Source: Gemmatimonadales bacterium
GTDB lineage: Bacteria > Gemmatimonadota > Gemmatimonadetes > Gemmatimonadales > GWC2-71-9
Reading direction: 5' to 3'
DNA length: 64,000 nt
NCBI GenBank assembly: GCA_041580775.1
Contig: JBFGDF010000002.1
Coordinates: forward strand, 3,708 to 67,707
Shown here: positions 1 through 9,351 of the stretch, in pieces
Position numbering within the stretch: the stretch's first letter is position 1
Layout: each line of letters begins with the position of its first letter
Notes under the pieces: model-generated
What the model was told of the DNA's origin: nothing
Seen by the model: only the letters and a program-made list of their open reading frames with translations
The model's database searches: none
Made by a program: the position numbers and the translations under genes

Positions 1-205
1 GGGCGAGGGTGTCACTGCTGATCCAGAACAGCATCGCCACCGGATGAAAGGCGAGCCGATGGTGTGCGCCGTCGCCCGTGGCATGCGCCTGCAGGTAATG
101 CTCGAGTACGGCACGAATCCCCGCCTCGTCGGGATCCTGTGCCTCGGCAGGGTGGGCGATGACGGCTACCGAGGCGCTGAGCAGAAGAAACCACGAAGCA
201 CGCAT
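1..205 (-). CDS. NTF2-like (SnoaL/lumazine-binding-like) secreted protein; 5' part only, gene runs off the left edge
   Basis: Hand translation of the minus strand from ATG at 205 gives MRASWFLLLSASVAVIAHPAEAQDPDEAGIRAVLEHYLQAHATGDGAHHRLAFHP... It has a signal peptide ending AEAQ and strong G/C at third codon positions. It is absent from the ORF track because no stop lies inside the window. Confidence 0.45.
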   Translation of the reverse strand, partial: MRASWFLLLSASVAVIAHPAEAQDPDEAGIRAVLEHYLQAHATGDGAHHRLAFHPVAMLFWISSDTLA

Positions 206-371
206 CCCAAGGCTCCGGCCGAGAATGGCGATGGCAAGGAAACAGTGCTAGTCCGTAACCGCCAGGGGAGGCGAGGTTCCCGCCCCGGGGTCTTTCCCCG
301 TCGGGACCCGGCCCCCATCTTGAGGCGCAGGTGATCGCCGATCGCTCGGTTTCCTCCACACTGCAGCGTGC

Positions 372-2576
372 ATGACTGACGACCCCGCAGGTCGGAGCCA
401 GCCCGGCCCCAAGCTGTTCGGCACGTTCGGCGGGGTGTTCACGCCCACCCTGCTCACGATCCTCGGCGTGATCATGTACCTGCGGCTGCCCTGGACCGTG
501 GGCAACGCAGGGCTCCTCGGCGGCATCACGATCATCCTGTTGGCCAACGCGATCACCGCCGCGACCGGTCTGTCCCTGTCCTCCATCGCCACGAATACGC
601 GCCTCGGCGCGGGCGGACCCTACGCCATCATCTCCCGGTCGCTCGGGTTCGAGATCGGCGGCAGCATCGGGATGCCGCTCTTTCTCTCCCAGGCGCTCGC
701 CGTGGCGATGTACATCTTCGGCTTCCGGGAGGGCTGGCTCTGGATCTTCCCGCAGCATCCGGCCCTGCTGGTCGACCTCGCGATCTTTGCGGTCGTCCTC
801 GTGATCGCGTATGTGAGCGCCGATCTCGCCTTCCGCATTCAGTACTTGGTGATGGCGGTGATCGGCCTCTCCCTGGTGTTGGTGCTCGGGAACGTCGACG
901 TGTGGCGGTCCGGTGCGTCGCCGACCCTGTGGGGTGACTTTCCGGGCTCACCCGAGAGCGGGTTCGGGGGAACCGACTTCTGGGGAGTGTTCGCCGTCTT
1001 CTTTCCGGCGGTGACCGGGATTCTCGCTGGGGCGAACATGTCGGGCGAGCTGAAGAACCCTCGCCGCAGCATTCCGTTGGGAACGCTGAGCGCCATTGGA
1101 CTCAGCCTCGCGATCTACGTCGTGCTGGCCTTTTGGGTGGTGCGCGCGGGCAGCGGACGTGAGCTGGTCTCGAACTACACGATCATGTTGGATCGATCCC
1201 TGTGGGGGCCTGGGGTACTGGCCGGACTCCTCGGCGCCACGTTCTCATCGGCCCTCACGTCGCTCGTGGGAGCGCCGCGCATCCTCGCCGCCCTCGCGCG
1301 TGACAAGATCATTCCCCGTGGCGACTGGTTGGCGCGCACGCAGCGCGGCGAGCCGCGCCATGCGATGCTCCTGACCGGCGGGGTCGTGCTCGCCGGGCTG
1401 TTGATGCGCGACCTCAACCTGATCGCGCCGCTCATCACGATGATCTTCCTGATCACGTACATGGTGATCAACGTGGTCCTGCTCGCCGAGGAGAGCCTGG
1501 GCCTCATGAGCTTCCGGCCCACGCTCCGGCTCCCGCGCCTGGTGCCGCTGCTCGGCGCCACCGGCTGCCTCTTCGCGATGTTCATCGTGAACGCGACGTT
1601 CAGCCTCATCGCCGTGGGGGTCGTCGCGGGGATCTACCTCTGGATCGTCTGGCAGGGGACCATCCCGCGCGCCGGGACCGTGCGGAGCGGCATCTTCGTC
1701 GCCTTTGCCGAGTGGGCCGCAGGGAAGGTCATCGAGCTCGACATGTCGGCCCGCCGGGCGTGGAAGCCGAGCCTGCTGATGCCGGTTGAGGATCCCGCGA
1801 CGATCCGCGGGGAGTTCAATCTGTTGGTCGATGTCTGCGGCCCCGAGGGCACGATCAAGTTTCTCGGGCTCGCCACCCGGGACACGGTGACCGAGCTCGT
1901 GCCGCGGTTTCAGCGCCTGTGCGCCTCATTCCAGAAGAACGGCGTGATGGCCACCAGCTCGATCGTGGATACGGCGGGGTTCGTCCCCGGGACGCTGACC
2001 GGGTTGCAGGCCTTGGGCAGCGCGTTCTTCCGGCCCAACATCCTGCTGCTCAACTTCCCGCGCGATCCGGCCCGGCGCGAGGAGTTCGGGGAGGTGATCC
2101 GGGAAGCGAACCGCCTCGACGTGGGAGTGCTGCTCGTGGCGATGCACGAGAAGGCGGGTCTGGGCATGGCGAAGGTCGTCAACGTCTGGATTGCGCCGCG
2201 CGACGTCACGACGCCGATGGCGGAGTACCTCCGCGCGAACAACCTGAACCTGACGCTCCTCATGGCGATCCGGCTGGCCAAGGCCTGGCGCGCCGAGCTG
2301 AATCTGATCACGGTCGTTCCGGACCCGGAGGGCGTGGCGGGCGCCCGGGCTCACATTGAGGAGCTGCGCGACCTGTGCCGGATTGACAATGGCGCTCTGA
2401 CGCGGGTGATGGTGGGTGAGTTCCGCACGTGTGTGCGGCAGGCGCCACAGTCGGACATGGACATCATGGGACTGCGACGAGGGCCGGATCTCGACTTCGT
2501 CCACGAGATGGTCGAAGCGACCCGCTCCTCCTGCATGTTTGCCGCCGACTCCGGGCTCGAGAGCGCCCTGGCCTGA
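372..2576 (+). CDS. APC-superfamily permease of the cation-chloride cotransporter (SLC12/CCC)-like type, with a large cytoplasmic C-terminal domain
   Basis: 734 aa. The N-terminus reads KLFGTFGGVFTPTLLTILGVIMYLRLPWTVGNAGL, typical of CCC/amino-acid permease TM1. About 12 hydrophobic segments are followed by a roughly 270 aa soluble tail. Confidence 0.8.
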   Translation: MTDDPAGRSQPGPKLFGTFGGVFTPTLLTILGVIMYLRLPWTVGNAGLLGGITIILLANAITAATGLSLSSIATNTRLGAGGPYAIISRSLGFEIGGSIGMPLFLSQALAVAMYIFGFREGWLWIFPQHPALLVDLAIFAVVLVIAYVSADLAFRIQYLVMAVIGLSLVLVLGNVDVWRSGASPTLWGDFPGSPESGFGGTDFWGVFAVFFPAVTGILAGANMSGELKNPRRSIPLGTLSAIGLSLAIYVVLAFWVVRAGSGRELVSNYTIMLDRSLWGPGVLAGLLGATFSSALTSLVGAPRILAALARDKIIPRGDWLARTQRGEPRHAMLLTGGVVLAGLLMRDLNLIAPLITMIFLITYMVINVVLLAEESLGLMSFRPTLRLPRLVPLLGATGCLFAMFIVNATFSLIAVGVVAGIYLWIVWQGTIPRAGTVRSGIFVAFAEWAAGKVIELDMSARRAWKPSLLMPVEDPATIRGEFNLLVDVCGPEGTIKFLGLATRDTVTELVPRFQRLCASFQKNGVMATSSIVDTAGFVPGTLTGLQALGSAFFRPNILLLNFPRDPARREEFGEVIREANRLDVGVLLVAMHEKAGLGMAKVVNVWIAPRDVTTPMAEYLRANNLNLTLLMAIRLAKAWRAELNLITVVPDPEGVAGARAHIEELRDLCRIDNGALTRVMVGEFRTCVRQAPQSDMDIMGLRRGPDLDFVHEMVEATRSSCMFAADSGLESALA

Positions 2577-2586
2577 CCGGGCAGTT

Positions 2587-3438
2587 CTAGGCGAGCGTCC
2601 GCGCCGTATCCAGCGCCCGCAACGCGATCAGCGCAATCGCCTCGCTCTCGGTGGGGTCGAAGGCGCCAGAGGGCGTCTGGAGCCCCGCGATGTACGGCGC
2701 GGCCTGCCGGACGAGTGCCCGGGCCGCCGCACTCGGCACGCTGAGCAGCAGGTCGACGGCGTGAAAGACCGTCACGCCGGGCCACGTGCCGTCTTCCCGC
2801 TGGTGCGCCGCCGTCGCGTCCATGAGATGCGTGATGCGTTCCTGGTACGGCGGCGGCCCCATGCCGAGCGCGCCCACGACGACGAACGCCAGGTGAGGGT
2901 CCACGGTCTTGAGCGCGAGCAGGCGCTCGAGATGCGTCCGGACGGGGGCGCGGTCTTCGTGTCCCGCGCGGAGCACGGCCCGCAATGCGAGACAGCTGGC
3001 CACGAACCGGGCGTCGTCCTCGTCGTCGAATACCGTCCCGGACGGGAACAGCAGGGGCGCGATCCGGCGGGACCGTGGGCCGGGCGAAAAGAAGCCGTCG
3101 CCCGCGCTCCCGTCGTCACTCCAGCGACCGGGCTGATTCTGGCGGGTCAGCAGGAAACCCGTGAGGCGGACGATGCCAGCGTCGTCGGGGTTCGCGCCGA
3201 GATCCATCATCTCCCAGACGGCACGGGCCGTGAGCACGAGGGAGCCGCCGATGCTGCCGTCCATGCCGCTCTGCCGCCGCCGCTCGCGGATCAGGTGATC
3301 GGCGAGCTCGGCGTCCTCCGGGGCCTGCGCGTTGAGCAGGCGTCTGGCGAGGACTCCCTGCAGCGTCCTGCGGTTGCGAAAGAATGCCGCTGCGTCATCG
3401 AGCTGCTGTTTGAAATGGAGCGGGGATCGGAGGGTCAC
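2587..3438 (-). CDS. Alpha/alpha-toroid repeat protein with QW-like motifs (prenyltransferase/terpene-cyclase-like fold); function unknown
   Basis: 283 aa with recurring Q-x-x-x-G-x-W-like motifs (RQNQPGRWS, HQREDGTWP, LQTPSGAF). Its start overlaps the stop of the upstream aminoacylase gene by 4 nt. Confidence 0.55.
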   Translation of the reverse strand: MTLRSPLHFKQQLDDAAAFFRNRRTLQGVLARRLLNAQAPEDAELADHLIRERRRQSGMDGSIGGSLVLTARAVWEMMDLGANPDDAGIVRLTGFLLTRQNQPGRWSDDGSAGDGFFSPGPRSRRIAPLLFPSGTVFDDEDDARFVASCLALRAVLRAGHEDRAPVRTHLERLLALKTVDPHLAFVVVGALGMGPPPYQERITHLMDATAAHQREDGTWPGVTVFHAVDLLLSVPSAAARALVRQAAPYIAGLQTPSGAFDPTESEAIALIALRALDTARTLA

Positions 3439-5132
3439 GACGGATCCCTCCCTCGGCGCCCCGTCCAGCCAGGTCCGCGCAAGCCGCGCCCCGGGCGGGC
3501 GTCGGTCATCGCGCTATCATCGAAGACGACCACGCCATTGACGATCACCCAGCGCACCCCCTCCGCGAGTTGGTGCGGGCGCTCGAACGTCGCGCGATCG
3601 ATGATGGTCTGCGGATCGAACACGACCACGTCGGCGGCGAATCCGGGACGGAGCAGGCCCCGATCGGTGAGTCCGACGCGCTGCGCCGGGAGCGACGTCA
3701 TCTTGCGCACGGCCTGTTCGAGGGCGAGCCGCCGTTCGTCGCGCACGTACCGGCCGAGTACCCGCGGAAAACTGCCGTAGACGCGGGGGTGGACGCTGCT
3801 GCGGGACAACGGGCCGTCGGGCGCGACGGCCCCGTAATCCGTGCAGAACGAAACCCACCAGTGTGCGGCTGCGGTGCGGACGTCGTCCTCGCTCATGCTG
3901 AAGTAGATGGCGCCGGTCTCGGACCGGTCCTTGCGCACGAGGTCGAACAGGGCATCAATCGGGTCGCGGCGCCACTGCGCCGCGATGGTGGCCAAGGTCT
4001 TGCCTTCGACGTACTTGAGCGAGTCGGCGAGCACACTCGCCACCAGCACGCCGTTCGCCCCGCCCGCGCCGCGGAAGAAGCTCTCGGCGCCATCGGGCGG
4101 GTTCTCCATGTCCCGGCGGATACGGGCGCGCTGGAGCGGGTCCCCCAGGCGCGCCAGCAGGGAGTCCGTGCCGCCGGCGTGGGCCCACTGTGGGATGCTC
4201 GCGTCGAGTGAAGTTGCCGAGGCGGGATACGGGTAGACGTTGGCGGCGACGTCGAGGCCGGCGGCACGCGCGGAATCGATCTTCGCCAGCACGCGCGCCA
4301 TGTCGCCCCAGTTGGCCCGGCCGGCCCGCTTGAGGTGCCAGAGCTCCACCGGGATCCGCGCCTCGGTGCCGATGCGGAACGCTTCGTCGAGTGCGTCGTC
4401 GATGCGCGCGCCCTCGTCGCGCAGGTGGGTGGCGTAGACGCCGCCCCGCGCGGCCGCGGCCCGGGCCAGGGCGATCAGTTCATCGGTTGTGGCGTAGAAC
4501 GCGGGGGCGTAGACCAAAGACGTGGACAGGCCGAGGGCGCCCTGGCGCATGGCCGTATCCACCAGCGCCGTCATCCGCGCCAGTTCTGCGGCGGTCGGGG
4601 CCCGGTCGGTGTTGCCGAGGACCACTTTGCGCACCTGCGTGGCGCCGACGAAGGTGGCCAGGTTGATGGCGGTGCCGTGGCGCTCCAGCTCGGCGAAGTA
4701 CTCCGCGAGGTCGCGCCACGTGGCGGTCACACCGATCGACGCCCGGTAGGCCGAGTCCTCCGCAAAGGTCGCGTCGGTTTGCGGGCCTACCGAGATCCCC
4801 TCGCCGGTCACCTCCGTGGTGATGCCCTGGGCCACCTTGCTCAGGGCGCGCCCGTCGGCAAGGAGCCGCACTTCTGACCACCCGAGCATGTCGATGAAAC
4901 CGGGCGCGACGACCAGTCCCGTTGCGTCGATCACCCGCCGCGCCGTACCGGGCGGAATCTGACCGACGGCGACGATGCGGTCACCGGCGAGCGCGAGGTC
5001 ACCTCGATAGCGCGGGTTCCCGGTCCCGTCGACGATGGCCCCCCCGGTGAGCAGCACATCGTACGGCGGCCCGTCGGCCGGCGCCGCGCAGGCGGTGACG
5101 AGCACCCCGAGGGCGAGTCCGGCTCGCGTCAT
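3435..5132 (-). CDS. N-acyl-D-amino-acid deacylase (D-aminoacylase) family amidohydrolase, secreted
   Basis: 565 aa with a signal peptide (LGVLVTACAAPA). Family motifs are DVLLTGGAIVDGTG, APGFID, YATHLRDEG, ELWHLKRAG and FCTDYG. Confidence 0.8.
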   Translation of the reverse strand: MTRAGLALGVLVTACAAPADGPPYDVLLTGGAIVDGTGNPRYRGDLALAGDRIVAVGQIPPGTARRVIDATGLVVAPGFIDMLGWSEVRLLADGRALSKVAQGITTEVTGEGISVGPQTDATFAEDSAYRASIGVTATWRDLAEYFAELERHGTAINLATFVGATQVRKVVLGNTDRAPTAAELARMTALVDTAMRQGALGLSTSLVYAPAFYATTDELIALARAAAARGGVYATHLRDEGARIDDALDEAFRIGTEARIPVELWHLKRAGRANWGDMARVLAKIDSARAAGLDVAANVYPYPASATSLDASIPQWAHAGGTDSLLARLGDPLQRARIRRDMENPPDGAESFFRGAGGANGVLVASVLADSLKYVEGKTLATIAAQWRRDPIDALFDLVRKDRSETGAIYFSMSEDDVRTAAAHWWVSFCTDYGAVAPDGPLSRSSVHPRVYGSFPRVLGRYVRDERRLALEQAVRKMTSLPAQRVGLTDRGLLRPGFAADVVVFDPQTIIDRATFERPHQLAEGVRWVIVNGVVVFDDSAMTDARPGRGLRGPGWTGRRGRDPS

Positions 5133-6487
5133 GGCGCCCGCCGCAGATCGGCGGGGGCGTAACGGTACCCGGCGGCGACGACCGATTCGATCGTGCCCAC
5201 GTTGGCGATGTCCTGCAGCGGGTCTTGCGTCAGCACCAGGAAGTCGGCGACGGCGCCGACCCGGAGTACGCCGATCGTGTCGACGCCCAGCAGGCGGGCA
5301 CCATCGCGGGTCGCGGCCAGCAGCGCCTGCTCGGTCGTCAACCCCGCGGCGACGAGCAGCCGCAACTCGCGGTGCAAGGACGCACCGGGCGGAATGAGTT
5401 GATTGGGACTGTCGCTGCCCGCCGCCACCAGGCCGCCGGCGCGCCGAAACAGCCGCACGAAGAGGTCCTGGTTGGGACGCGACTGTCGAAACGCCGTGAA
5501 ATCGGTGGTCCGGAGGCCGGCCCGACGGATCAGATCGGGGATATTCCAGCCCGTGCGCACGGCGGCGGGCACACCCGTGAGGTCCAGGGCCGTCTCGTAC
5601 GCCGGGTCATCGAGATGTCCCCAGGCCTCGTGCAGCGCGAGCGTGGGGACGATCGCGACGCCGGCTTGGACGAGGGCGCGGGCCGTGCGGTCGAGCGCCG
5701 CCGAATCCGGCCGGGCCCAGGAGCGCTCCTCGAGATTCCAGCCGGGGAAGAAGTCGGCGTGGGCGGCGACGATCGGCGCCGGATTGCCGAGGGCTGACGC
5801 GACGATGCCGCTCATGTGCTCGAGGGACCGGACGCCCAGCCGCGCGGCGGTGAGCGCGTCCACCCTGCCGAGGTGCGCCGCGACGGGCGTTGCCAGCGCC
5901 TTCGCCTCGTCCAACAGCGGTTCGAGCAGCCGCCGATCGATCTTGGTGTAGACCTTGACCTGGGCGGCGTCGATCAGGACGCGGTTGCCCACCGCGCGGC
6001 GCGCGTCCGTGGCGGTGCGCACGGCGGTGGCGCCATTCCACGTCGCCGGCGCGCCGTCGATCATCGCTCCCGAGATGTACAGCCGCGGGCCGTCTGCCGT
6101 CCCATTGGCCACGTCATCCCGCAGGAAGATGACGCTGTCCTGGAGGCCCCCCATGTCCCGAATGCTCGTCACCCCGTAGCTCAAGTACGGGCGCAACGCC
6201 CAGCGCTCGGCGTGTACGTGCGCATCGATCAGACCCGGGATGATCCAGCGACCCGCCACGTCCACCGTCTCCGTGCCCCGCGGTACGCGCACGTCGGCCC
6301 GCGGACCCACGGCTTCGAGCCGGCCATCGCTCACCAGCAGCACGGCGTCGCGCATCACGGGGGCGCCCGTCCCGTCGAACACCGTCGCACCGACGTACGC
6401 CGTCTTTCCGGTTCCCGCCGCGCGGCAGCCCGGCAGCGCGACGGCGAGCACGGTCAGAAGGAGAAGGGAACGGATGCGCCCATGCAT
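5129..6487 (-). CDS. Amidohydrolase-family metallohydrolase, secreted
   Basis: I chose the internal ATG at 6487 (MHGRIRSLLLLTVLAVALPGC...) because it yields a signal peptide. The HxH metal motif is present (IPGLIDAHVHAERW). The stop overlaps the start of the downstream gene. Confidence 0.8.
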   Translation of the reverse strand: MHGRIRSLLLLTVLAVALPGCRAAGTGKTAYVGATVFDGTGAPVMRDAVLLVSDGRLEAVGPRADVRVPRGTETVDVAGRWIIPGLIDAHVHAERWALRPYLSYGVTSIRDMGGLQDSVIFLRDDVANGTADGPRLYISGAMIDGAPATWNGATAVRTATDARRAVGNRVLIDAAQVKVYTKIDRRLLEPLLDEAKALATPVAAHLGRVDALTAARLGVRSLEHMSGIVASALGNPAPIVAAHADFFPGWNLEERSWARPDSAALDRTARALVQAGVAIVPTLALHEAWGHLDDPAYETALDLTGVPAAVRTGWNIPDLIRRAGLRTTDFTAFRQSRPNQDLFVRLFRRAGGLVAAGSDSPNQLIPPGASLHRELRLLVAAGLTTEQALLAATRDGARLLGVDTIGVLRVGAVADFLVLTQDPLQDIANVGTIESVVAAGYRYAPADLRRAP

Positions 6488-6583
6488 GATCGTGTCTCGG
6501 GGAACGGTATGTTCGGAGAAAGGGGGCGGCCGCACCGGCGACCGCCCCCCACGATAACCTCGCACCGCGTGAGCGGCTACCTC

Positions 6584-6931
6584 TCAGCGCCGCCGCGCCG
6601 CCTTCTTGACCGGCTTGCGCTTGGCCGCGGCCTTCTTCACCGGGCGGCGTGCGGCCGCCTTCTTCACGGGCTTCTTGGCGGCCTTCTTCGCCGGCTTGCG
6701 AGCGGCGGCCTTCTTCTTGGGCTTGGGTTTGGCCGCCCGCTTCGCCGGCATTTTGGCCGCGGGCGCCGGAGTCGGCTTGCGCGCCGGCGGGGTCGAGGGA
6801 GCCGGGGCCGGTGGCGTCTCGGACCAGATCGGCGGCTCAGACGGCTCGGGCTTCACGGGTGGCGGAATCGGCATCGGATCCCACATTCCCGGGCCGCCGA
6901 TCCCCGACAGGCTGAGATCGCTGATGGACAT
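6584..6931 (-). CDS. Lys/Ala-rich histone H1-like basic protein with a Pro-rich N-terminal half
   Basis: Start ATG at 6931 has a GGAGG 8 nt upstream. The C-terminal half is KKAA/AKKP repeats (AKRAAKPKPKKKAAARKPAKKAAKKPVKKAAARRPVKKAAAKRKPVKKAARRR). Confidence 0.55.
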   Translation of the reverse strand: MSISDLSLSGIGGPGMWDPMPIPPPVKPEPSEPPIWSETPPAPAPSTPPARKPTPAPAAKMPAKRAAKPKPKKKAAARKPAKKAAKKPVKKAAARRPVKKAAAKRKPVKKAARRR

Positions 6932-7128
6932 GTCGCTTCCCTCCGAAGCGTGAAGGTGAGGAAGCGAATACTGCCCCGCTGCGGCGAGCATCCGCAAGTG
7001 CGCCCGATCGGCGCCGCCACCGCATTGGTGACCCACCGGCTTGACACACCACCCGTCCGCACGCTAGCTTGGCCTCGTATCTTCCAGTCTGATTTGCACT
7101 TACGGGCTTTCCCCGAACCGGAGTGTCG

Positions 7129-9324
7129 ATGCGCTGCCGCGCGTTCTTTCTTGGGTTCTGCGTCGCCGGCGCCGCTGGGAATCTCCCCGCCCAGCAGGTG
7201 GCGACCGTCCAGCTGTCCGCGCAGGCGGCAACGCTCGGCGTCGGCACGCGCCAGGCCGTATACGCCACGGCCACGGATTCCCGCGGCACGACCATCGTCG
7301 GCGATCTCGAATTCCGCTGGGTGAGCACCGATCCCAACGTGGTGCGCGTGGAGGCGGACCCGGTGCAGAGCGACCTCGCCACACTCGTAGGCGTGGGCGA
7401 GGGCGTCGCCCAGGTGCGTGTCACCGTCGGCGGGCGCAGCGAGTCGATGGCCATCCGCGTGCAGCGCGGCTCCGGACCCGCGGCGGTGCTGGTGATCGAG
7501 CCGACCAACGTCCAGTTGCTCCACGGCGAGAATCGCCAGCTCACAGTTTCGTTCCTCACCGATTCGGGCACGCCGGCCATGCCCGCGGCCGTGCGCTGGG
7601 CCTCGCTCAACCCGTCGGTGGCGACGGTGACGGACGGCGGCATCGTGACGGGCCTCAGCGAGGGCCAGGCGGTGCTCCAGGCGCGGGCCACGACCGGGCT
7701 CGCACGTACCGCCACGGTAACGGTGGCGAACGTCCCGTTCGGATTCGCCGTCCCGATCCTGGCGCTGTCGCCCGGTCTGGAGACGCCGATTGGTGTCGTG
7801 GTCCCGACGCAGGGGAACCGACCGCTCAATACGGCGGCGCTGAACTGGCGTTCCTTCGACGAGCGTATCGTGACCGTGACCCCGCTGGGCGTCGCCCGCG
7901 GCGTGAGTACGGGCCGCGCCACGATCATCGCCGAGGGGTATGGGCAGCGGCGCGAGCTCGCCGTCGCCGTGCACCGGCCGGTCGCGGAGCTCGAAGTCAC
8001 GCCGCCCTACTCGCGCGGGGCGGTCGCCGTGCCGTTGCAGGGGACAGTTCGCGTCACGGCGCGCTCGCTCGCGGCCGATGGGACGCCGGTGCCCGACGCG
8101 CCCATCATCTGGCAGGTGGCGGACAGCACGGTGGCGGCGTTCGACACCGCGAGCGGCCGGCTGGCGGGCCGCACGTTGGGCCGAACGAGCCTCGTCGCGC
8201 GCGGAGCGGGCCCCGGGCTCGAGGTCACGTGGACCATCGACGTCATCGCCGGGGGGCTGCTGGTCGAGCCCGACCGCGCCGGCCTCGGCGTGGGCGATAC
8301 GCTCGCGCTCTCGGCGCGCTTTACCGACGCGCAGGGCCGGCCGATCGCCCGGGCGGCCGACCTCACCTGGACCACGCTCGATGCCAACGTCGCGACCGTC
8401 ACCGGCAGCGGCACCGTGACCGCCGTCGGCGTGGGCCGGGTGGCCATCGTCGCGTCCACCTCGTGGGGACGCGCCGACACGACGGTCCTGTTCGTGCAGG
8501 GGCCGGTCCTGTTCACGTCCACCCGCGGCGGATCGTTCGACCTGTACACGCTCGACCCGGACGCGCTCGGGCGCATCACCCAGGTCACGCGCGAGGCGTC
8601 GAACGAAACGATGGGTGCGTTCGCGCCGGACGGCGCGCACCTTGCCTACGTGTCCGACCGGGATGGCAACTTCGAGTTGTATGTCGCCGACGCCGACGGC
8701 GGGAGTCCGCGCCGCCTCACCACCACTCCGGCGAGTGAACTCACGCCGCGCTGGACCCCGGATGGCCGGCGTCTCATCTACGTGGTGCAGGCGGCGGGCG
8801 GCCGCGCCCAGATCTGGAGTGTCAACGCCGACGGGTCGGAGGCGCGCGCACTCACCAGCGGGGACGCCGCCAACTTCGAGCCGGCCGTGTCGCCCGACGG
8901 GCGGCGCGTCGCGTTCACGTCCACGCGGGACGGGAACTACGAGATCTACGTGATGGATGCCGACGGGGGGAACCAGGCGCCGGCGTATCGCTCACCGCTC
9001 AAAGAAAGCCGCGCCGCGTGGTTCCCCGACGGCGACCTGGCCTTCATTCAGGAGCGGGTCGACGGCCGCCGCATCCAGCCCGTCGTGGTCCGGCTCCCGG
9101 CGGGCGGCTCGATCACGCCGATCTCACCGCCGGCGCTCGCCGTGACCGACTACACCATTGCCCCCACGGGCCACCGCCTCGTCCTCGAGGTCAGTACGCT
9201 CGACGACACCGGGCAGCAGCGCCGCCTCGTGCTCCTGCCGCTCGGCGGCGAGCCCACCGACCTCCCGCGCCAGCCGGGCGAGCAGCAGGCCAGCCCCGCC
9301 TATCGGCCGCCGCTGACCCGCTGA
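7129..9324 (+). CDS. Secreted protein: tandem Big_2 Ig-like domains fused to a TolB-like PD40 beta-propeller
   Basis: ATG at 7129 lies 5 nt after a GGAG. The signal peptide is FLGFCVAGAAGNLPAQQ. Repeated V.V.P..A.L.VG...L.A and W.S.D..VA.V modules match Big_2. The C-terminus has PD40 repeats (APDGAHLAYVSDRDGNFELYVADADGG, SPDGRRVAFTSTRDGNYEIYVMDADGG). Confidence 0.85.
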   Translation: MRCRAFFLGFCVAGAAGNLPAQQVATVQLSAQAATLGVGTRQAVYATATDSRGTTIVGDLEFRWVSTDPNVVRVEADPVQSDLATLVGVGEGVAQVRVTVGGRSESMAIRVQRGSGPAAVLVIEPTNVQLLHGENRQLTVSFLTDSGTPAMPAAVRWASLNPSVATVTDGGIVTGLSEGQAVLQARATTGLARTATVTVANVPFGFAVPILALSPGLETPIGVVVPTQGNRPLNTAALNWRSFDERIVTVTPLGVARGVSTGRATIIAEGYGQRRELAVAVHRPVAELEVTPPYSRGAVAVPLQGTVRVTARSLAADGTPVPDAPIIWQVADSTVAAFDTASGRLAGRTLGRTSLVARGAGPGLEVTWTIDVIAGGLLVEPDRAGLGVGDTLALSARFTDAQGRPIARAADLTWTTLDANVATVTGSGTVTAVGVGRVAIVASTSWGRADTTVLFVQGPVLFTSTRGGSFDLYTLDPDALGRITQVTREASNETMGAFAPDGAHLAYVSDRDGNFELYVADADGGSPRRLTTTPASELTPRWTPDGRRLIYVVQAAGGRAQIWSVNADGSEARALTSGDAANFEPAVSPDGRRVAFTSTRDGNYEIYVMDADGGNQAPAYRSPLKESRAAWFPDGDLAFIQERVDGRRIQPVVVRLPAGGSITPISPPALAVTDYTIAPTGHRLVLEVSTLDDTGQQRRLVLLPLGGEPTDLPRQPGEQQASPAYRPPLTR

Positions 9325-9351
9325 CTTCGCCGCCGACCCGTCGCGAGGCTC

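Noticed and set aside
44-758. ORFs 44-334 (+) and 12-758 (-) at the left edge
   Set aside because: The minus-strand frame starting at 205 gives a clean signal peptide and an NTF2-like sequence. 12-758 overlaps the transporter gene start in antisense and is Arg-rich.
6600-6760. Nucleotide-level periodicity (ccttcttc/ggccgc repeats)
   Set aside because: It is explained by the Lys/Ala repeat coding sequence of the histone-like gene on the minus strand. It is not an independent non-coding repeat.
7041-7070. TTGACA-N18-TAGCTT promoter-like pair upstream of the Big_2/PD40 gene
   Set aside because: The spacer is 18 nt, the -10 is weak, and I do not know the promoter consensus of this lineage. That is too little to call a feature.
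5816-8640. Long ORFs 5816-7324 (+), 6837-8000 (-) and 6853-8640 (-)
   Set aside because: They overlap the amidohydrolase, histone-like and Big_2/PD40 genes in the wrong frame or strand. Their composition is Arg/Pro-rich and nothing in them is recognisable.
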